DNA of 64,000 nucleotides from Candidatus Omnitrophota bacterium. Its GTDB lineage: Bacteria; Omnitrophota; Gorgyraeia; 2-02-FULL-51-18. The translations under genes were made by a program, and so were the position numbers. Under the pieces are notes generated by a model. It was not told where the DNA came from. It did not search any database and saw only the letters and a program-made list of their open reading frames with translations. Below are positions 19,222 through 29,943 of this stretch, one piece after another; the stretch's first letter is position 1, and every line of letters begins with the position of its first letter. The stretch spans positions 23,024 to 87,023 of the forward strand of contig CAMDWQ010000007.1 of the NCBI GenBank assembly GCA_945877765.1. The letters run 5' to 3'.

Positions 19222-19604
19222 TTGTTATTGATTCCTCGGGGTGGCTTGAGTATTTTATGAATGGGCCTCTGGCGGAGCGCTACGCTTTGTATTTTTCAAA
19301 ATCTTCAAAAATATTGACGCCTGCGGTGGTGCTTTATGAAGTATTTAAGATTTTAAAAAGAGATGCGAGTGAAGAAGTGGCGTTGGAAGCCGCGGCGCAG
19401 ATGGGGGAGACTGAGATTGTGCCTCTATCGGACGCTATTTCCTATCATGCGGCCAATATTTCACTCGAACATCATTTGGCGATGGCTGACTCAATGGTTT
19501 ACGCGACCGCAGATTTTTGCAAAGCTAAGCTTGTGACCAGTGATGCGGATTTCAAAAATCTCCCAAATGTAATTTATCTGGATTCACAAGAACCGGAAAG
19601 GTAA
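19218..19604 (+). CDS. VapC-family PIN domain toxin
   Basis: VIDSSGWLEY, LYEV, LAMADSMVYATA, TSDADF acidic PIN residues. Confidence 0.9.
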   Translation: MIVIDSSGWLEYFMNGPLAERYALYFSKSSKILTPAVVLYEVFKILKRDASEEVALEAAAQMGETEIVPLSDAISYHAANISLEHHLAMADSMVYATADFCKAKLVTSDADFKNLPNVIYLDSQEPER

Positions 19605-19646
19605 AGTTCTTAGTATTGAATACTTAAAGTGGTAAATGGAGAAGTG

Positions 19647-19889
19647 ATGAAAACCTGCCAGTTAAACGTCAGAATCAGCGAAAGAACCTATAAGACCTTA
19701 ATAGAGCTTTCTAAAAAACTATACACAACAAAATCTTTTTTAATTGAAAAGGGGATTGATTTATTAAAAGAAAATTTTGATAGAATTGACAAAAGGCCTC
19801 ACCCCAAGCCAGCTTCTGATGCTTTTTCTGTCGCCCTTTCCAAGGTTAATAAAAAGCACTCCAGAACCCTTAAAAAACTTGCTGAATAA
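19647..19889 (+). CDS. Small ribbon-helix-helix-like DNA-binding protein
   Basis: QLNVRIS strand followed by two helices (TKSFLIEKGI). Confidence 0.55.
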   Translation: MKTCQLNVRISERTYKTLIELSKKLYTTKSFLIEKGIDLLKENFDRIDKRPHPKPASDAFSVALSKVNKKHSRTLKKLAE

Positions 19890-20568
19890 AATTATAAATT
19901 CATTTCGAATCGCCGTCCCTTTTACTGACAAGACACCCCTTTCGGCTATTCAACTTGCCCGAAAAGAGGGAATGGGCATCGCGGAGCTGCGTATCGATCT
20001 TTACTCTTCCTATTCAAATGATCACGTTCTGCGAGAAGTCCGCAAATTTAAAAAAATCAAGACCATTGCAACCATCCGATCCAAAAGGGAAGGTGGTCAG
20101 TGGACGGGGCATGAAAAAAAACGCTTGGCTCTTTTTAAGGCAGTGCTACCACAGGTAGACACGGTGGATATCGAGCTGAGTTCACGCTCAATTTTAAAAG
20201 AGACTATCGCCGAAGCCCATCGCTTAAAAAAAACAGTCATTGTGTCCTATCACAATTTTAAAAAAACTCCGTCTTCTTTGGCACTTCTGGGGATTTTGAA
20301 GCAGGCCAAACGGGCCGGCGCTGACATCGTGAAAATTGCGGCGATGGCGCGTTCTAAAAAGGATATGCGAACCTTGGCGGAATTCACTCTCACGCATGCC
20401 AAAGAAGGTCTCATCACGCTCTCCATGGGGAAAGAGGGGGCGTTATCGCGGATATTGTTTCCATCGCTAGGCTCTCTTCTTACGTTTGCTCACACCGGTC
20501 ATTCGACGGCTCCCGGGCAGATGGATCTTAAAACGACGGCCTTTTTCTTCAAAAAACTCTATTCCTAA
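19879..20568 (+). CDS. aroD: Type I 3-dehydroquinate dehydratase
   Basis: ELRIDL, TIRSKREGG, SYHNF, DIVKIA, SMGKEGALSR, TAPGQ; start codon uncertain. Confidence 0.9.
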   Translation: MLNKIINSFRIAVPFTDKTPLSAIQLARKEGMGIAELRIDLYSSYSNDHVLREVRKFKKIKTIATIRSKREGGQWTGHEKKRLALFKAVLPQVDTVDIELSSRSILKETIAEAHRLKKTVIVSYHNFKKTPSSLALLGILKQAKRAGADIVKIAAMARSKKDMRTLAEFTLTHAKEGLITLSMGKEGALSRILFPSLGSLLTFAHTGHSTAPGQMDLKTTAFFFKKLYS

Positions 20569-20586
20569 GCGGTTTCTCCGCCAAGA

Positions 20587-20615
20587 GTGACAGCTATTGC
20601 CGCTTCTGATATAAT
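20587..20615 (+). promoter_or_regulatory. Sigma70-type promoter of the pur cluster
   Basis: GTGACA-17 nt-TATAAT with an extended TGn. Confidence 0.65.
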
Positions 20616-20658
20616 CAAACTCTTTTCTAGAGACTTTAACCCGAGCTTTGGAGCCAAC

Positions 20659-21954
20659 TTGATTAGCCGCTATACACTCCCCGAAATGGGGAAGATTTGG
20701 ACCGAGGAAAACCGGTTCAAAGTCATGCTGGAGGTGGAAGTTGCCGCTTGCCAGGCGATGGCAGCGCTGCATCTAATCCCCGCTAAGTCTGCTGTTAATA
20801 TCCGTAAAAAAGCCTCCTTCAAATTGTCACAAATCCATAAATACGAAGAGGTTACAAAACACGATGTGACCGCTTTTCTAAAAAGTATTGCTGATTTTGT
20901 GGGCCCTGATGCGCGTTTTATCCATAAGGGCCTGACATCTAGTGACGTGTTAGATACGGCCTTAAGCCTTCAGATCCGTGAAGGCCTGGATCTTCTGATT
21001 CAAAATACCCAAGAATTTGCCACTATTTTGAAGAAAAAAGCAGTGCAATACCGGGATACGCCCATGATAGGCCGGTCGCACGGGGTGCATGGCGAACCGG
21101 TGACTTTGGGTCTTAAGTTTTTGCTTTTTTATGATGAATTTCGCCGCAATCTACTGCGTCTGGAAAATGCCCGCAAAGTGATTTCTTATGGAAAAATTTC
21201 AGGCGCCGTCGGCACTTATGCCAACATCGATCCGCGTGTCGAGGACAAAACTTTAAAGCTATTGAAATTAAAAACAGCCCCTGTGTCAACCCAAGTGCTT
21301 CAGCGTGACCGACATGCGGAGGTGCTTTCTGCGTTGGCCATTCTTGGCGGCTCGCTTGAGAAACTCGCGACGGAAATCCGGCATCTACAAAAAACGGAAA
21401 CGCTCGAAGTGGAAGAGCCTTTCTCCGAGGGTCAGACAGGTTCTAGTGCCATGCCTCACAAGAGAAACCCCGTCAATTGCGAGCGCATCGCGGGCCTTGC
21501 GCGTGTGCTTCGCGGCAACTCTCACGCGGCGGTTGAAAACATTGCGCTGTGGCACGAGCGGGATATTACCCATTCGTCGGTGGAGAGAATCATCTTGCCG
21601 GATTCCTTTATCCTCGCGCATTTTATGATTTCGGAAATGGCGGCGGTGATCAGGGGCCTGCACGTGTATCCCGAAAACATGATGGACAATATTTGGAAAA
21701 CCCGCGGCCTGATTTTCTCTCAGCGTGTGCTTCTGGCACTGATTGACAAGGGACTCTTGCGTGAAGCCGCTTACAAAATCGTGCAAAAAAACGCGATGCG
21801 CGTCTGGAAGGATAAAAATTTGAATTTAAAAGATCTGCTTCTAGATGAAAAAGAAGTGATGGCTCATTTTTCAAAGAAGGAAATTGAGTCGCTATTTCAC
21901 TTGGATTATCACTTAAAGCATGTGGCGACGATTTTTAAGAGGGTGTTAAAATAA
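20659..21954 (+). CDS. purB: Adenylosuccinate lyase
   Basis: ISRYT start after GGAG, TKHDV, GRSHGVH, SSAMPHKRNP. Confidence 0.96.
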   Translation: MISRYTLPEMGKIWTEENRFKVMLEVEVAACQAMAALHLIPAKSAVNIRKKASFKLSQIHKYEEVTKHDVTAFLKSIADFVGPDARFIHKGLTSSDVLDTALSLQIREGLDLLIQNTQEFATILKKKAVQYRDTPMIGRSHGVHGEPVTLGLKFLLFYDEFRRNLLRLENARKVISYGKISGAVGTYANIDPRVEDKTLKLLKLKTAPVSTQVLQRDRHAEVLSALAILGGSLEKLATEIRHLQKTETLEVEEPFSEGQTGSSAMPHKRNPVNCERIAGLARVLRGNSHAAVENIALWHERDITHSSVERIILPDSFILAHFMISEMAAVIRGLHVYPENMMDNIWKTRGLIFSQRVLLALIDKGLLREAAYKIVQKNAMRVWKDKNLNLKDLLLDEKEVMAHFSKKEIESLFHLDYHLKHVATIFKRVLK

Positions 21955-21955
21955 T

Positions 21956-22076
21956 TTTCCCCTCCTCACGAAGGAGGGGTGGAGTCGAAGGCGCCGGGGT
22001 GGTTGAAGGGTTGTGCTTCACAAAAACCTTACAACCCCTCCGCCTTCGGCACCTCCCCTTCGAAAGGGGAGGAAAA
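21956..22076 (+). repeat. Family A REP-like doublet, copy 4
   Basis: Both arms present, starting 2 nt after the purB stop. Confidence 0.95.
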
Positions 22077-22086
22077 AAAAGAGGAC

Positions 22087-22329
22087 ATGATGAAAGCAAA
22101 AGTTTACGTGACGCTTAGGAAATCAGTGTTTGATCCGCAGGGCAAAGCGGTGCAGGAAGCGCTTGGGTCGATGGGATTTAATGAGGTGCAGAGCGTACGC
22201 ATGGGCAAATACATCGAGCTGGATCTTGGCTCCACCGAAAAGTCTCAAGCGGAACAAAAAATTAAGGTGATGTGCGAGAAACTTTTGACCAACACGGTGA
22301 TTGAGGATTATAGGTACGAATTAAATTAG
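22087..22329 (+). CDS. purS: FGAM synthase subunit PurS
   Basis: DPQGKAV, RMGKYIEL, LLTNTVIEDY. Confidence 0.95.
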   Translation: MMKAKVYVTLRKSVFDPQGKAVQEALGSMGFNEVQSVRMGKYIELDLGSTEKSQAEQKIKVMCEKLLTNTVIEDYRYELN

Positions 22330-22333
22330 AACT

Positions 22334-22456
22334 TTTTCCTCCCCTTTCGAAGGGGAGGTGCCGAAGGCAGAGGGGTTGTAAGGTGTGTGTATAAAGTGTG
22401 ACGCATCAACCGCCCCGTCGCCTCGGCGCCACCCCTCCTTCGTAAGGAGGGGAAAA
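22334..22456 (-). repeat. Family A REP-like doublet, copy 5 (reverse)
   Basis: Reverse complement of the copy 1 architecture. Confidence 0.95.
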
Positions 22457-22490
22457 GGTCGCAAGATTGTGGAATGGAAGTGAGAGAACT

Positions 22491-23153
22491 ATGAAATTTG
22501 GCGTCGTCGTTTTCCCCGGATCCAACTGTGACCACGACTGCTATCACGTGCTAAAACACGTGTTGCAGAAGGACACGGATTTTGTCTGGCACAAGGACCG
22601 TGACATTTCAAAATATGACTGCATTGTCTTGCCGGGGGGTTTTAGTTACGGCGATTATTTAAGGACGGGGGCGATTGCGCAGTTTTCTCCGGTAATGGAA
22701 AACGTTTACAAACACGCCGAGCGTGGAAAACTGGTGATTGGGATTTGTAATGGCTTCCAGATTCTTTTGGAGGCGGGGCTTTTGCCAGGGGCGATGCTGC
22801 GTAACCGCTCGCTTAAATTTATCTGTAAATTTGTGGATCTTAAGGTTGAAACCACCAATACGCCATTTACCCGAAAAGCTAAAAAAGGCGAAATACTAAA
22901 CATTCCGATCGCCCACGGCGAAGGCAATTATTTTGCTGACGAAGAGACGCTTTTTGAACTGAAAAAAAACGACCAAATTGTCGTCAAATACACCGAAAAT
23001 CCTAACGGCTCTCTGGAAGATATCGCCGGGATTTGTAATTTTAAAAGAAACGTGTTTGGTCTGATGCCGCATCCGGAACGCGCTTCAGAAAAAGAGCTTG
23101 GTTCGACCGATGGCCTTAAAATATTTCAATCGATTGTGGAATCTTTAAACTAA
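22491..23153 (+). CDS. purQ: FGAM synthase glutaminase subunit
   Basis: [31 protein letters not shown]. Confidence 0.97.
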   Translation: MKFGVVVFPGSNCDHDCYHVLKHVLQKDTDFVWHKDRDISKYDCIVLPGGFSYGDYLRTGAIAQFSPVMENVYKHAERGKLVIGICNGFQILLEAGLLPGAMLRNRSLKFICKFVDLKVETTNTPFTRKAKKGEILNIPIAHGEGNYFADEETLFELKKNDQIVVKYTENPNGSLEDIAGICNFKRNVFGLMPHPERASEKELGSTDGLKIFQSIVESLN

Positions 23154-23169
23154 AAAGAGTGATAAGGCA

Positions 23170-25449
23170 ATGACCACACAGACGTTAGAAATCACACCAG
23201 ACATTATTTCCAAACACGGAATCACTCCTTCCGAATACGGCGAAATTAAAAATATCCTTGGCCGTGCGCCCAATCTCACTGAGCTTGGGATTTTTAGCGT
23301 CATGTGGAGCGAGCATTGCTCGTACAAAAATTCGAAGAATGCTCTCAAACTTTTACCCAAAGACGGCAAGCGCATGCTCGTCAAGGCGGGTGAAGAAAAC
23401 GCGGGTGTTGTCGATATCGGCGATGGCTATGTAATTGCTTTTAAGGTGGAGTCGCACAATCACCCGTCGGCCATTGAGCCGTTTCAGGGGGCGGCAACCG
23501 GTGTTGGGGGAATTTTAAGAGATATTTTTACGATGGGAGCACGTCCTATTGTGGCAATGAATTCGCTACGGTTTGGAAAGTTAGATCCTCGCTTTCGCGA
23601 GGATGACACAAAAAATGTCATTCCCGCGGACGCGGGAATCAGCACCAAAAGACTATTTGCCGGCGTGGTTTCCGGCATCGCGCATTACGGCAACTGTTTT
23701 GGCGTGCCGACCATAGGAGGCGAAGTTTATTTTGATGAAAGCTATGAGGGAAATCCTCTGGTCAATGCGTTTGCCCTGGGCTTGGCAAAAAAAGAAGAGA
23801 TCGTCAAAGCCAAAGCCGAAGGTCTAGGAAATCCCGTATTTTATCTGGGGGCATCGACCGGCCGTGACGGCATGGGCGGCGCAAGCTTTGCCTCTAAAGA
23901 TCTCACCGAAGAATCGGAAAAAGATCGTCCCGCTGTACAGGTCGGCGACCCATTTATGGAAAAATTACTTCTGGAAGCGGTTCTCGAACTTTTAAAGTCG
24001 GGGTCGGTTGTAGGGATTCAGGATATGGGCGCGGCAGGCCTTACTTGCTCCACTTGCGAGACCGCTTCGCGCGGAGATGTGGGTATCGAAATCGATGTCG
24101 CCAAAGTTCCTCAACGCGAAATTGGCATGGCGCCTTATGAAATTATGCTTTCCGAATCCCAGGAGCGCATGCTCGTCATTATCCAAAAAGGTAAAGAGCA
24201 TATCGCTAAACAAATTTTTAAAAAGTGGGACCTGCATGCCGAAGAAATCGGTTTTGTCACCGGCGACGGCCTAATGCGCGTCAAAGAAAATGGCGTGACG
24301 GTTGCTGAAATACCGGCCAAGCGTCTTGCGGATGACGCGCCGCTTTACACTCGTGAAGAAAGAGAGCCCGCTTATTACAAAAAGGCTCAAGCTTTTGACG
24401 TGTCAAGCCTTGGCTCGGCCGGAGATTTAAATGCGGTTCTCTTGAAGCTCTTAGATTCTCCCACGATTGCCAGTAAGCAGTGGGTCTATGAGCAGTACGA
24501 CCACATGGTTCGTACCAATACCACAGTGCTTCCCGGCTCCGATGCGTCCGTGGTGCGCGTAAAAGGCACCAACAAGTCGCTGGCGATTTCACTCGACTGC
24601 AATTCAACGTATTGTTATCTCGACCCTTATGAGGGCGGCAAAATCGCCGTGGCGGAGTCGGCGCGTAACGTGGTCTGTTCGGGCGCCCGGCCGCTTTCAA
24701 TCTCTAACTGCCTTAATTTTGGTAATCCCCATAATCCTGAAATTTTCTGGCAGTTAAAAAAATGCATTGAGGGAATTCGCGACGCGTGTTTGGCGTTTGA
24801 TACGCCGGTATCGGGGGGGAATGTTTCATTGTATAATCAGAACCCTCAGGGCGCTGTGGATCCGACACCGGTCATTGCGATGGTGGGACTGCTTGAGGGC
24901 CGGGAGCCGGTTACTTCTTTTTTCAAAAAAGAAGGCGATGTAATTATTCTTTTGGGGACCAATCGCCAAGAACTGGGCGGCTCGGAATTTTTAAAGACAA
25001 TTTTTAATGTCAAATCAGGCAAAGCGCCTCATTTGGATTTGAAAGAAGCCTCCGATTTGATTGAATTGATGCTAAAGTTGTCCGAAAAGAATTTCTTAAA
25101 ATCCGCCCATGATTGTGCGGAAGGCGGATTGGCAGTGGCATTGGCAGAGTCTTGCATTATCGCCAAGGGCAAGGAGCTTGGAGCCTCGGTCAAAGTGGGC
25201 GCGGCTAGCCTTACTCAGGAAGCCCTTTTATTTGGCGAGTCGCAGTCGCGTATTGTGATTTCGGTGGACGCGGCTCATTTGAAAGAAGTAGAAAATCTCA
25301 TCCAATCTTTTGCATTCAAGTATGAAGTGATCGGAAAAGTTGCGGGTTGTGAACTTAAAATTAATGAACTAATTCAAGTGCCTGTGCCGGTGCTCAGCCA
25401 CACTTGGAGAAATGCCATCACCGGAAGAATGAGCGCAACCCATGAGTGA
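23170..25449 (+). CDS. purL: FGAM synthase subunit PurL (small form)
   Basis: [29 protein letters not shown]. Confidence 0.97.
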   Translation: MTTQTLEITPDIISKHGITPSEYGEIKNILGRAPNLTELGIFSVMWSEHCSYKNSKNALKLLPKDGKRMLVKAGEENAGVVDIGDGYVIAFKVESHNHPSAIEPFQGAATGVGGILRDIFTMGARPIVAMNSLRFGKLDPRFREDDTKNVIPADAGISTKRLFAGVVSGIAHYGNCFGVPTIGGEVYFDESYEGNPLVNAFALGLAKKEEIVKAKAEGLGNPVFYLGASTGRDGMGGASFASKDLTEESEKDRPAVQVGDPFMEKLLLEAVLELLKSGSVVGIQDMGAAGLTCSTCETASRGDVGIEIDVAKVPQREIGMAPYEIMLSESQERMLVIIQKGKEHIAKQIFKKWDLHAEEIGFVTGDGLMRVKENGVTVAEIPAKRLADDAPLYTREEREPAYYKKAQAFDVSSLGSAGDLNAVLLKLLDSPTIASKQWVYEQYDHMVRTNTTVLPGSDASVVRVKGTNKSLAISLDCNSTYCYLDPYEGGKIAVAESARNVVCSGARPLSISNCLNFGNPHNPEIFWQLKKCIEGIRDACLAFDTPVSGGNVSLYNQNPQGAVDPTPVIAMVGLLEGREPVTSFFKKEGDVIILLGTNRQELGGSEFLKTIFNVKSGKAPHLDLKEASDLIELMLKLSEKNFLKSAHDCAEGGLAVALAESCIIAKGKELGASVKVGAASLTQEALLFGESQSRIVISVDAAHLKEVENLIQSFAFKYEVIGKVAGCELKINELIQVPVPVLSHTWRNAITGRMSATHE
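23584..23640. repeat. Family B palindrome inserted in frame in purL (arms in swapped order)
   Basis: GATCCTCGCTTTCGCGAGGATGAC-ACAAAAAAT-GTCATTCCCGCGGACGCGGGAATC, read as [19 protein letters not shown]. Confidence 0.93.
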
Positions 25450-26836
25450 ACTAAAAGATAAATGCGGGGTATTTGGGGTATTTGGCCATCAAGATGCGGC
25501 CTATTTGGCGTATCTGGGACTTTATGCGCTGCAACACCGCGGAGAAGAGTCTGCCGGCATTGTGACTTCCAACGGACGTAAAATGTCCGCGTATCTGGGA
25601 ATGGGCCATGTGCAGGATGTATTTGACGGCAATCACTTGGAGAGGCTTCCGGGCGACCGCGCGATAGGCCATGTACGTTATTCGACGACGGGTTCGAGCA
25701 ATTTAAAAAACGCGCAGCCGATTCTTGTCGATTATTCCCGTGGAGAAGTCGCGATCGCGCACAACGGCAATCTGGTGAATGCCAATATGCTGCGTGCGGA
25801 ATTAGAAGCTTACGGTTCTATTTTTCAGACAACCACGGATAGTGAAATTATTATTCATTTGATGGCTAAGCCTTCGCTTCGTAATGTCAAAGAAGGAGTG
25901 ATGGATGCGCTTTCGCGTGTGGAAGGCGCTTATTCGCTTGTGCTTCTAACCAATGACATGTTGATCGCAGCCCGTGACCCTCAAGGTTTTCGCCCTTTGT
26001 GGCTTGGCAAGCTTGGCAATGCATGGGTCGTGTCCTCCGAGACTTGCGCGCTGGATATCATGGACGCCGAGCCAGTCCGTGAGATTGAGCCGGGAGAGGT
26101 GCTTTTTATCACCTCCCAGGGAATTACTTCCGAAAAAGTCGCTGTGGAAAATAAAAAACACGCGCATTGTATTTTTGAACATGTCTATTTTTCAAGGCCT
26201 GATTCAAAAATTTTTGGCGAGAGTGTCCATCTGGTTCGTACCAAATTTGGCCGGCAGTTGGCCAAGGAAGCTCCTGTGGCGGCTGACATTGTCATTCCGG
26301 TTCCCGATTCTGGAAATTCGGCAGCGCTTGGGTATTCGCAGGAGTCCGGGATTCCTTTGGAGACGGCGATTATCCGCAACCATTATGTGGGCCGCACATT
26401 CATTCAACCGACGCAGGGACTTCGAGATTTCAAAGTGCGAGTCAAATTTAACTTAATTCGTGAAGTGCTCAAAGACAAGCGGGTGGTAGTCGTGGATGAC
26501 TCCATTGTGCGCGGGACGACTTCCAAATTACGCGTCAAAAGCCTTCGATTGGCCGGCGCCAAAGAAATTCATTTGCGTATCAGCTGTCCGCCCCATCGTT
26601 TTCCCTGCGCCTACGGCATTGATTTTCCGACCAAAGAAGAATTGATTTCTAATAAGTACAACGCCCAAGAGATTCGTAAATATCTTGATTGTGATTCCGT
26701 CGAATACCTTTCGCTGGAGGGCATGTTGTCCTGCGTCAGCTATCCAAAGGAAAACTATTGCACCGCCTGCTGGAGCGGAAAATACCCCGTACCGTTTGCG
26801 GCAGTGGACAAATTTCATGCGGAGAAATGCCGATAA
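25442..26836 (+). CDS. purF: Amidophosphoribosyltransferase
   Basis: CGVFG after a short propeptide, [19 protein letters not shown], Fe-S cysteines (CTAC). Confidence 0.97.
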   Translation: MSELKDKCGVFGVFGHQDAAYLAYLGLYALQHRGEESAGIVTSNGRKMSAYLGMGHVQDVFDGNHLERLPGDRAIGHVRYSTTGSSNLKNAQPILVDYSRGEVAIAHNGNLVNANMLRAELEAYGSIFQTTTDSEIIIHLMAKPSLRNVKEGVMDALSRVEGAYSLVLLTNDMLIAARDPQGFRPLWLGKLGNAWVVSSETCALDIMDAEPVREIEPGEVLFITSQGITSEKVAVENKKHAHCIFEHVYFSRPDSKIFGESVHLVRTKFGRQLAKEAPVAADIVIPVPDSGNSAALGYSQESGIPLETAIIRNHYVGRTFIQPTQGLRDFKVRVKFNLIREVLKDKRVVVVDDSIVRGTTSKLRVKSLRLAGAKEIHLRISCPPHRFPCAYGIDFPTKEELISNKYNAQEIRKYLDCDSVEYLSLEGMLSCVSYPKENYCTACWSGKYPVPFAAVDKFHAEKCR

Positions 26837-26846
26837 CCGGTATGAC

Positions 26847-26916
26847 GTCATTCCCGAATGTTTTAATCGGGAATCAAACCTAAATATGATCCCCGATTAA
26901 GGATTTCGGGGATGAC
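26847..26916. repeat. Family B palindrome (long loop)
   Basis: GTCATTCCCGAATGTTTTAATCGGGAATC...GATCCCCGATTAAGGATTTCGGGGATGAC. Confidence 0.95.
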
Positions 26917-26933
26917 ATTGGAGAGGGTTTATT

Positions 26934-27941
26934 TTGAAAGATTCTAAAAAAGAAAGTTTTAATTACAAAAAATCAGGTGTCGACATCGATAAAGCCAATG
27001 TTTTTATCGAAGCCATTAAACCGCTGGCGAAAGCCACGCGCCGTCCTGAAGTCATGGCTGGTATTGGCGGCTTTGGTGCTTTATGCCGTTTTCCCAAAAA
27101 ATATAAAAAACCAATTCTTGTCAGCTCCACGGATGGGGTCGGCACCAAATTAAAAGCTGCTCAGATGGCCTGTTGCGTGGAAGGACTGGGCATTGATCTG
27201 GTAGCCATGAATGTAAATGATATTCTGACGCTTGGCGGAGAGCCGCTTTTTTTTCTGGATTATTTTGCGGTTGGAAAAATAGACGTCGCCATGATGAAAT
27301 CGGTCGTCAAAGGTATCGCCGAAGGCTGCAAACAAGCAGGATGCGCTTTGATCGGCGGGGAAACCGCTGAGATGCCGGGACTTTATACGCGGGGCGATTT
27401 TGACCTGGCGGGTTTTTCGGTGGGAGTGGTGGAAGAAGCTAAGATTGTCAACGGCAGTCAGACGCGCGCGGGTCACAGCATCATTGGCTTGGCCTCCAGT
27501 GGAATCCATTCCAACGGATTTTCTCTGGTGCGAAAAGTACTCAAAGACGAGTTTATTAAAGAACACGCCGAGGAGATACTCAAACCTACCAAGATTTATG
27601 TCAAACCCATTTTGTCTCTATTAGAAAAAGAGCCCGTTTATTCGATGGCGCATATTACCGGCGGCGGTTTTTTTGACAACATTCCGCGTGTGCTGCCTAA
27701 AGGCTGCGGCGCCAACATTCATATGGGCAGCTGGCCTATTCCGCGGGTGTTTCGTTGGATTGAGGAAGCGGGCAATGTCGAGGCGCGCGAAATGTATCGC
27801 ACATTCAACATGGGAATTGGATATATTTTGGTGACTCCTAAAGAAAATGCGCTCAAGGTGATTTCACATTTAGCAAAATTTAAACAACATGCTTGGATTG
27901 TGGGAGAGATTGTGAAGGGGGAAGGGGTATCTATTCAATAA
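26934..27941 (+). CDS. purM: AIR synthase
   Basis: YKKSGVDI, STDGVGTK, GGETAEMP, HITGGG, TFNMGIG. Confidence 0.97.
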   Translation: MKDSKKESFNYKKSGVDIDKANVFIEAIKPLAKATRRPEVMAGIGGFGALCRFPKKYKKPILVSSTDGVGTKLKAAQMACCVEGLGIDLVAMNVNDILTLGGEPLFFLDYFAVGKIDVAMMKSVVKGIAEGCKQAGCALIGGETAEMPGLYTRGDFDLAGFSVGVVEEAKIVNGSQTRAGHSIIGLASSGIHSNGFSLVRKVLKDEFIKEHAEEILKPTKIYVKPILSLLEKEPVYSMAHITGGGFFDNIPRVLPKGCGANIHMGSWPIPRVFRWIEEAGNVEAREMYRTFNMGIGYILVTPKENALKVISHLAKFKQHAWIVGEIVKGEGVSIQ

Positions 27942-27945
27942 TGAT

Positions 27946-28085
27946 AAATTCGAAATCCGAATATCGAAATTCGAAACAAGCTCAAAATCCGAATTTTCAA
28001 AATTCTAAACAGTTTCTTTGTTTGGGTTATTTGAATTTCTGTGATTCTAATTTGTTTCGAATTTCGATATTCGAATTTCGGATTT
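27946..28085. repeat. Heptamer-based long inverted repeat (family D)
   Basis: 34-nt arms AAATTCGAAATCCGAATATCGAAATTCGAAACAA / TTGTTTCGAATTTCGATATTCGAATTTCGGATTT with 2 differences. Confidence 0.9.
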
Positions 28086-28104
28086 TGCCCGGAGGTTTAT
28101 TTTT

Positions 28105-29382
28105 ATGAAAGTTTTGGTGATCGGCAGCGGCGGCAGGGAACATGCGATTTGTTGGAAATTAGCGCAGAGCCCTCGGCTGACAAAGCTTTATGCAGCACCC
28201 GGTAATGCGGGAATGGCGGAGATTGCCGAAGTGGTTGATATCCCCGCTAAGGACCAGGAAGCTTTGCTTAAATTCGTCAAGCGTGAAGGAATTGAGCTGG
28301 TGGTGGTGGGGCCTGAAGCGCCTCTGGTAAATGGTATTGTCGACCGATTTGAAAAAGAAGGCATTAAGATTTTTGGCCCTTCGCGTTTTGGCGCGCAGTT
28401 GGAAGGATCCAAGGTTTTTTCAAAAATGATGATGAAAAAATTGGAGATTCCTACCGCTGATTTTGAAGTGTTTGATTCGGCTGACAAAGCGATGGATTAT
28501 GTCGCTAAAAAAGGCGTACCGATTGTCATTAAGGTAGATGGACTTGCCGGTGGCAAAGGCGTCGTTGTCGCGGCCTCCATGCCCAAGGCGATGGAAGCGA
28601 TTCACCTGCACATGGTCAAAAAAGTTTTTGGAAAAGCCGGCGACAAGGTGATTGTGGAAGAGTGCCTTTTGGGCGAAGAAGCTTCGATTATCGCTGTCAC
28701 CGATGGCACTACCGTGCATCTTTTGGCCTCTAGCCAAGATCATAAGCGCCTCTATGAAGGTGATCACGGCCCCAATACTGGCGGAATGGGCGCCTATTCG
28801 CCGGCACCCATGGTGACGCCGGAAATTGAAAAAGAAATTTTACAAAAAGTATTTATGCCGATTGTGAGCGAATTTAAATCACAGGGTCATCCGTATAAAG
28901 GATTCTTGTATGCGGGAATCATGATGACGCCTAAAGGATTTCGCGTGCTGGAGTTTAATACTCGTTTGGGCGACCCCGAGACTCAAGCGATTTTGCCACG
29001 GATGAAAAATGATTTATTGGAAGTCATGTTGGCAACTGTTGAAGAAAAACTTTATACGGTGAAGCTAGAATGGAAGGAAGAAGATTGTGTGTGCGTTGTT
29101 ATTGCTGCAGAGGGTTACCCTGAGACTTATGAAACAGGTAAAAAGATTTCGGGGATTTCGATTGCCAGGGAAGACAGGGATATTCAAGTATTTCATGCGG
29201 GCACGAAACGTTTGAATGAGGACATTGTCACTGCTGGCGGCCGCGTGCTTAACGTCGTGGGTTCTGGACGCAGTTTTTTCGAGGCGCTTTCCAAGACGTA
29301 CAACGCGGTGGAAAAGATATTTTTTGATAAAATGTATTACCGAAAAGACATCGGGCATAGGGCGGCAAAAATACTAAAGTAA
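28105..29382 (+). CDS. purD: Phosphoribosylamine--glycine ligase
   Basis: GSGGREHA, GPEAPL, QDHKR, GPNTGGMGAY, EFNTRLGDPE. Confidence 0.97.
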   Translation: MKVLVIGSGGREHAICWKLAQSPRLTKLYAAPGNAGMAEIAEVVDIPAKDQEALLKFVKREGIELVVVGPEAPLVNGIVDRFEKEGIKIFGPSRFGAQLEGSKVFSKMMMKKLEIPTADFEVFDSADKAMDYVAKKGVPIVIKVDGLAGGKGVVVAASMPKAMEAIHLHMVKKVFGKAGDKVIVEECLLGEEASIIAVTDGTTVHLLASSQDHKRLYEGDHGPNTGGMGAYSPAPMVTPEIEKEILQKVFMPIVSEFKSQGHPYKGFLYAGIMMTPKGFRVLEFNTRLGDPETQAILPRMKNDLLEVMLATVEEKLYTVKLEWKEEDCVCVVIAAEGYPETYETGKKISGISIAREDRDIQVFHAGTKRLNEDIVTAGGRVLNVVGSGRSFFEALSKTYNAVEKIFFDKMYYRKDIGHRAAKILK

Positions 29383-29384
29383 GT

Positions 29385-29445
29385 GTCATTCCCGCGCAAG
29401 CGGGAATCCGTACTTAAAACAGATCCTCGCTTTCGCGAGGATGAC
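29385..29445. repeat. Family B palindrome (short loop)
   Basis: GTCATTCCCGCGCAAGCGGGAATC...GATCCTCGCTTTCGCGAGGATGAC. Confidence 0.95.
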
Positions 29446-29457
29446 AAAGGAGAGTTC

Positions 29458-29943
29458 ATGAAACCAAGAGTAGCGATTCTGATGGGAAGTGATTCGGACG
29501 CCGAGGCGCTCAAGCCTTGCGGCGAAGTATTGAGAGAGTTTGGAGTCCCTTTTGTTGCGCGAGTTTTATCCGCTCACCGCACACCACATGAAACCGTGCA
29601 ATTTGCTGAGGCGGCAAAAGGCGAAGGGATTCAAGTGATGATTTGCGCAGCGGGAGGTGCCGCCCATTTAGCAGGGGTTGTTGCGGCACATACCGAATTG
29701 CCCGTGATTGGAATTCCCATTGAGACCTCTTCTTTTAAGGGCATGGATTCCCTTCTTTCGACGGTGCAGATGCCGGCAGGGACTCCGGTGGCAACCGTCG
29801 CGGTGGGTCCGGGCGGCGTGCGCAACGCGGCATTTTTGGCGATCCGCATGATGGCGATGCAAGACCCAGTGCTCGAAAAAGCGCTCATCGATTACAAAAA
29901 AAAGAATATCGAGAAAATTTTAAAAAAAACAGTCACCCTTTGA
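29458..29943 (+). CDS. purE: N5-CAIR mutase
   Basis: MGSDSD, SAHRTP, AGGAAHL, VQMPAGTPVATV; ATG follows AAGGAG. Confidence 0.96.
   Translation: MKPRVAILMGSDSDAEALKPCGEVLREFGVPFVARVLSAHRTPHETVQFAEAAKGEGIQVMICAAGGAAHLAGVVAAHTELPVIGIPIETSSFKGMDSLLSTVQMPAGTPVATVAVGPGGVRNAAFLAIRMMAMQDPVLEKALIDYKKKNIEKILKKTVTL

Noticed and set aside
21979-22086. N-terminal extensions of PurS, PurE (29383) and RpsF (46559) in the ORF track
   Set aside because: They are read-through of upstream palindromes; SD-preceded ATGs at 22087, 29458 and 46613 give normal proteins.
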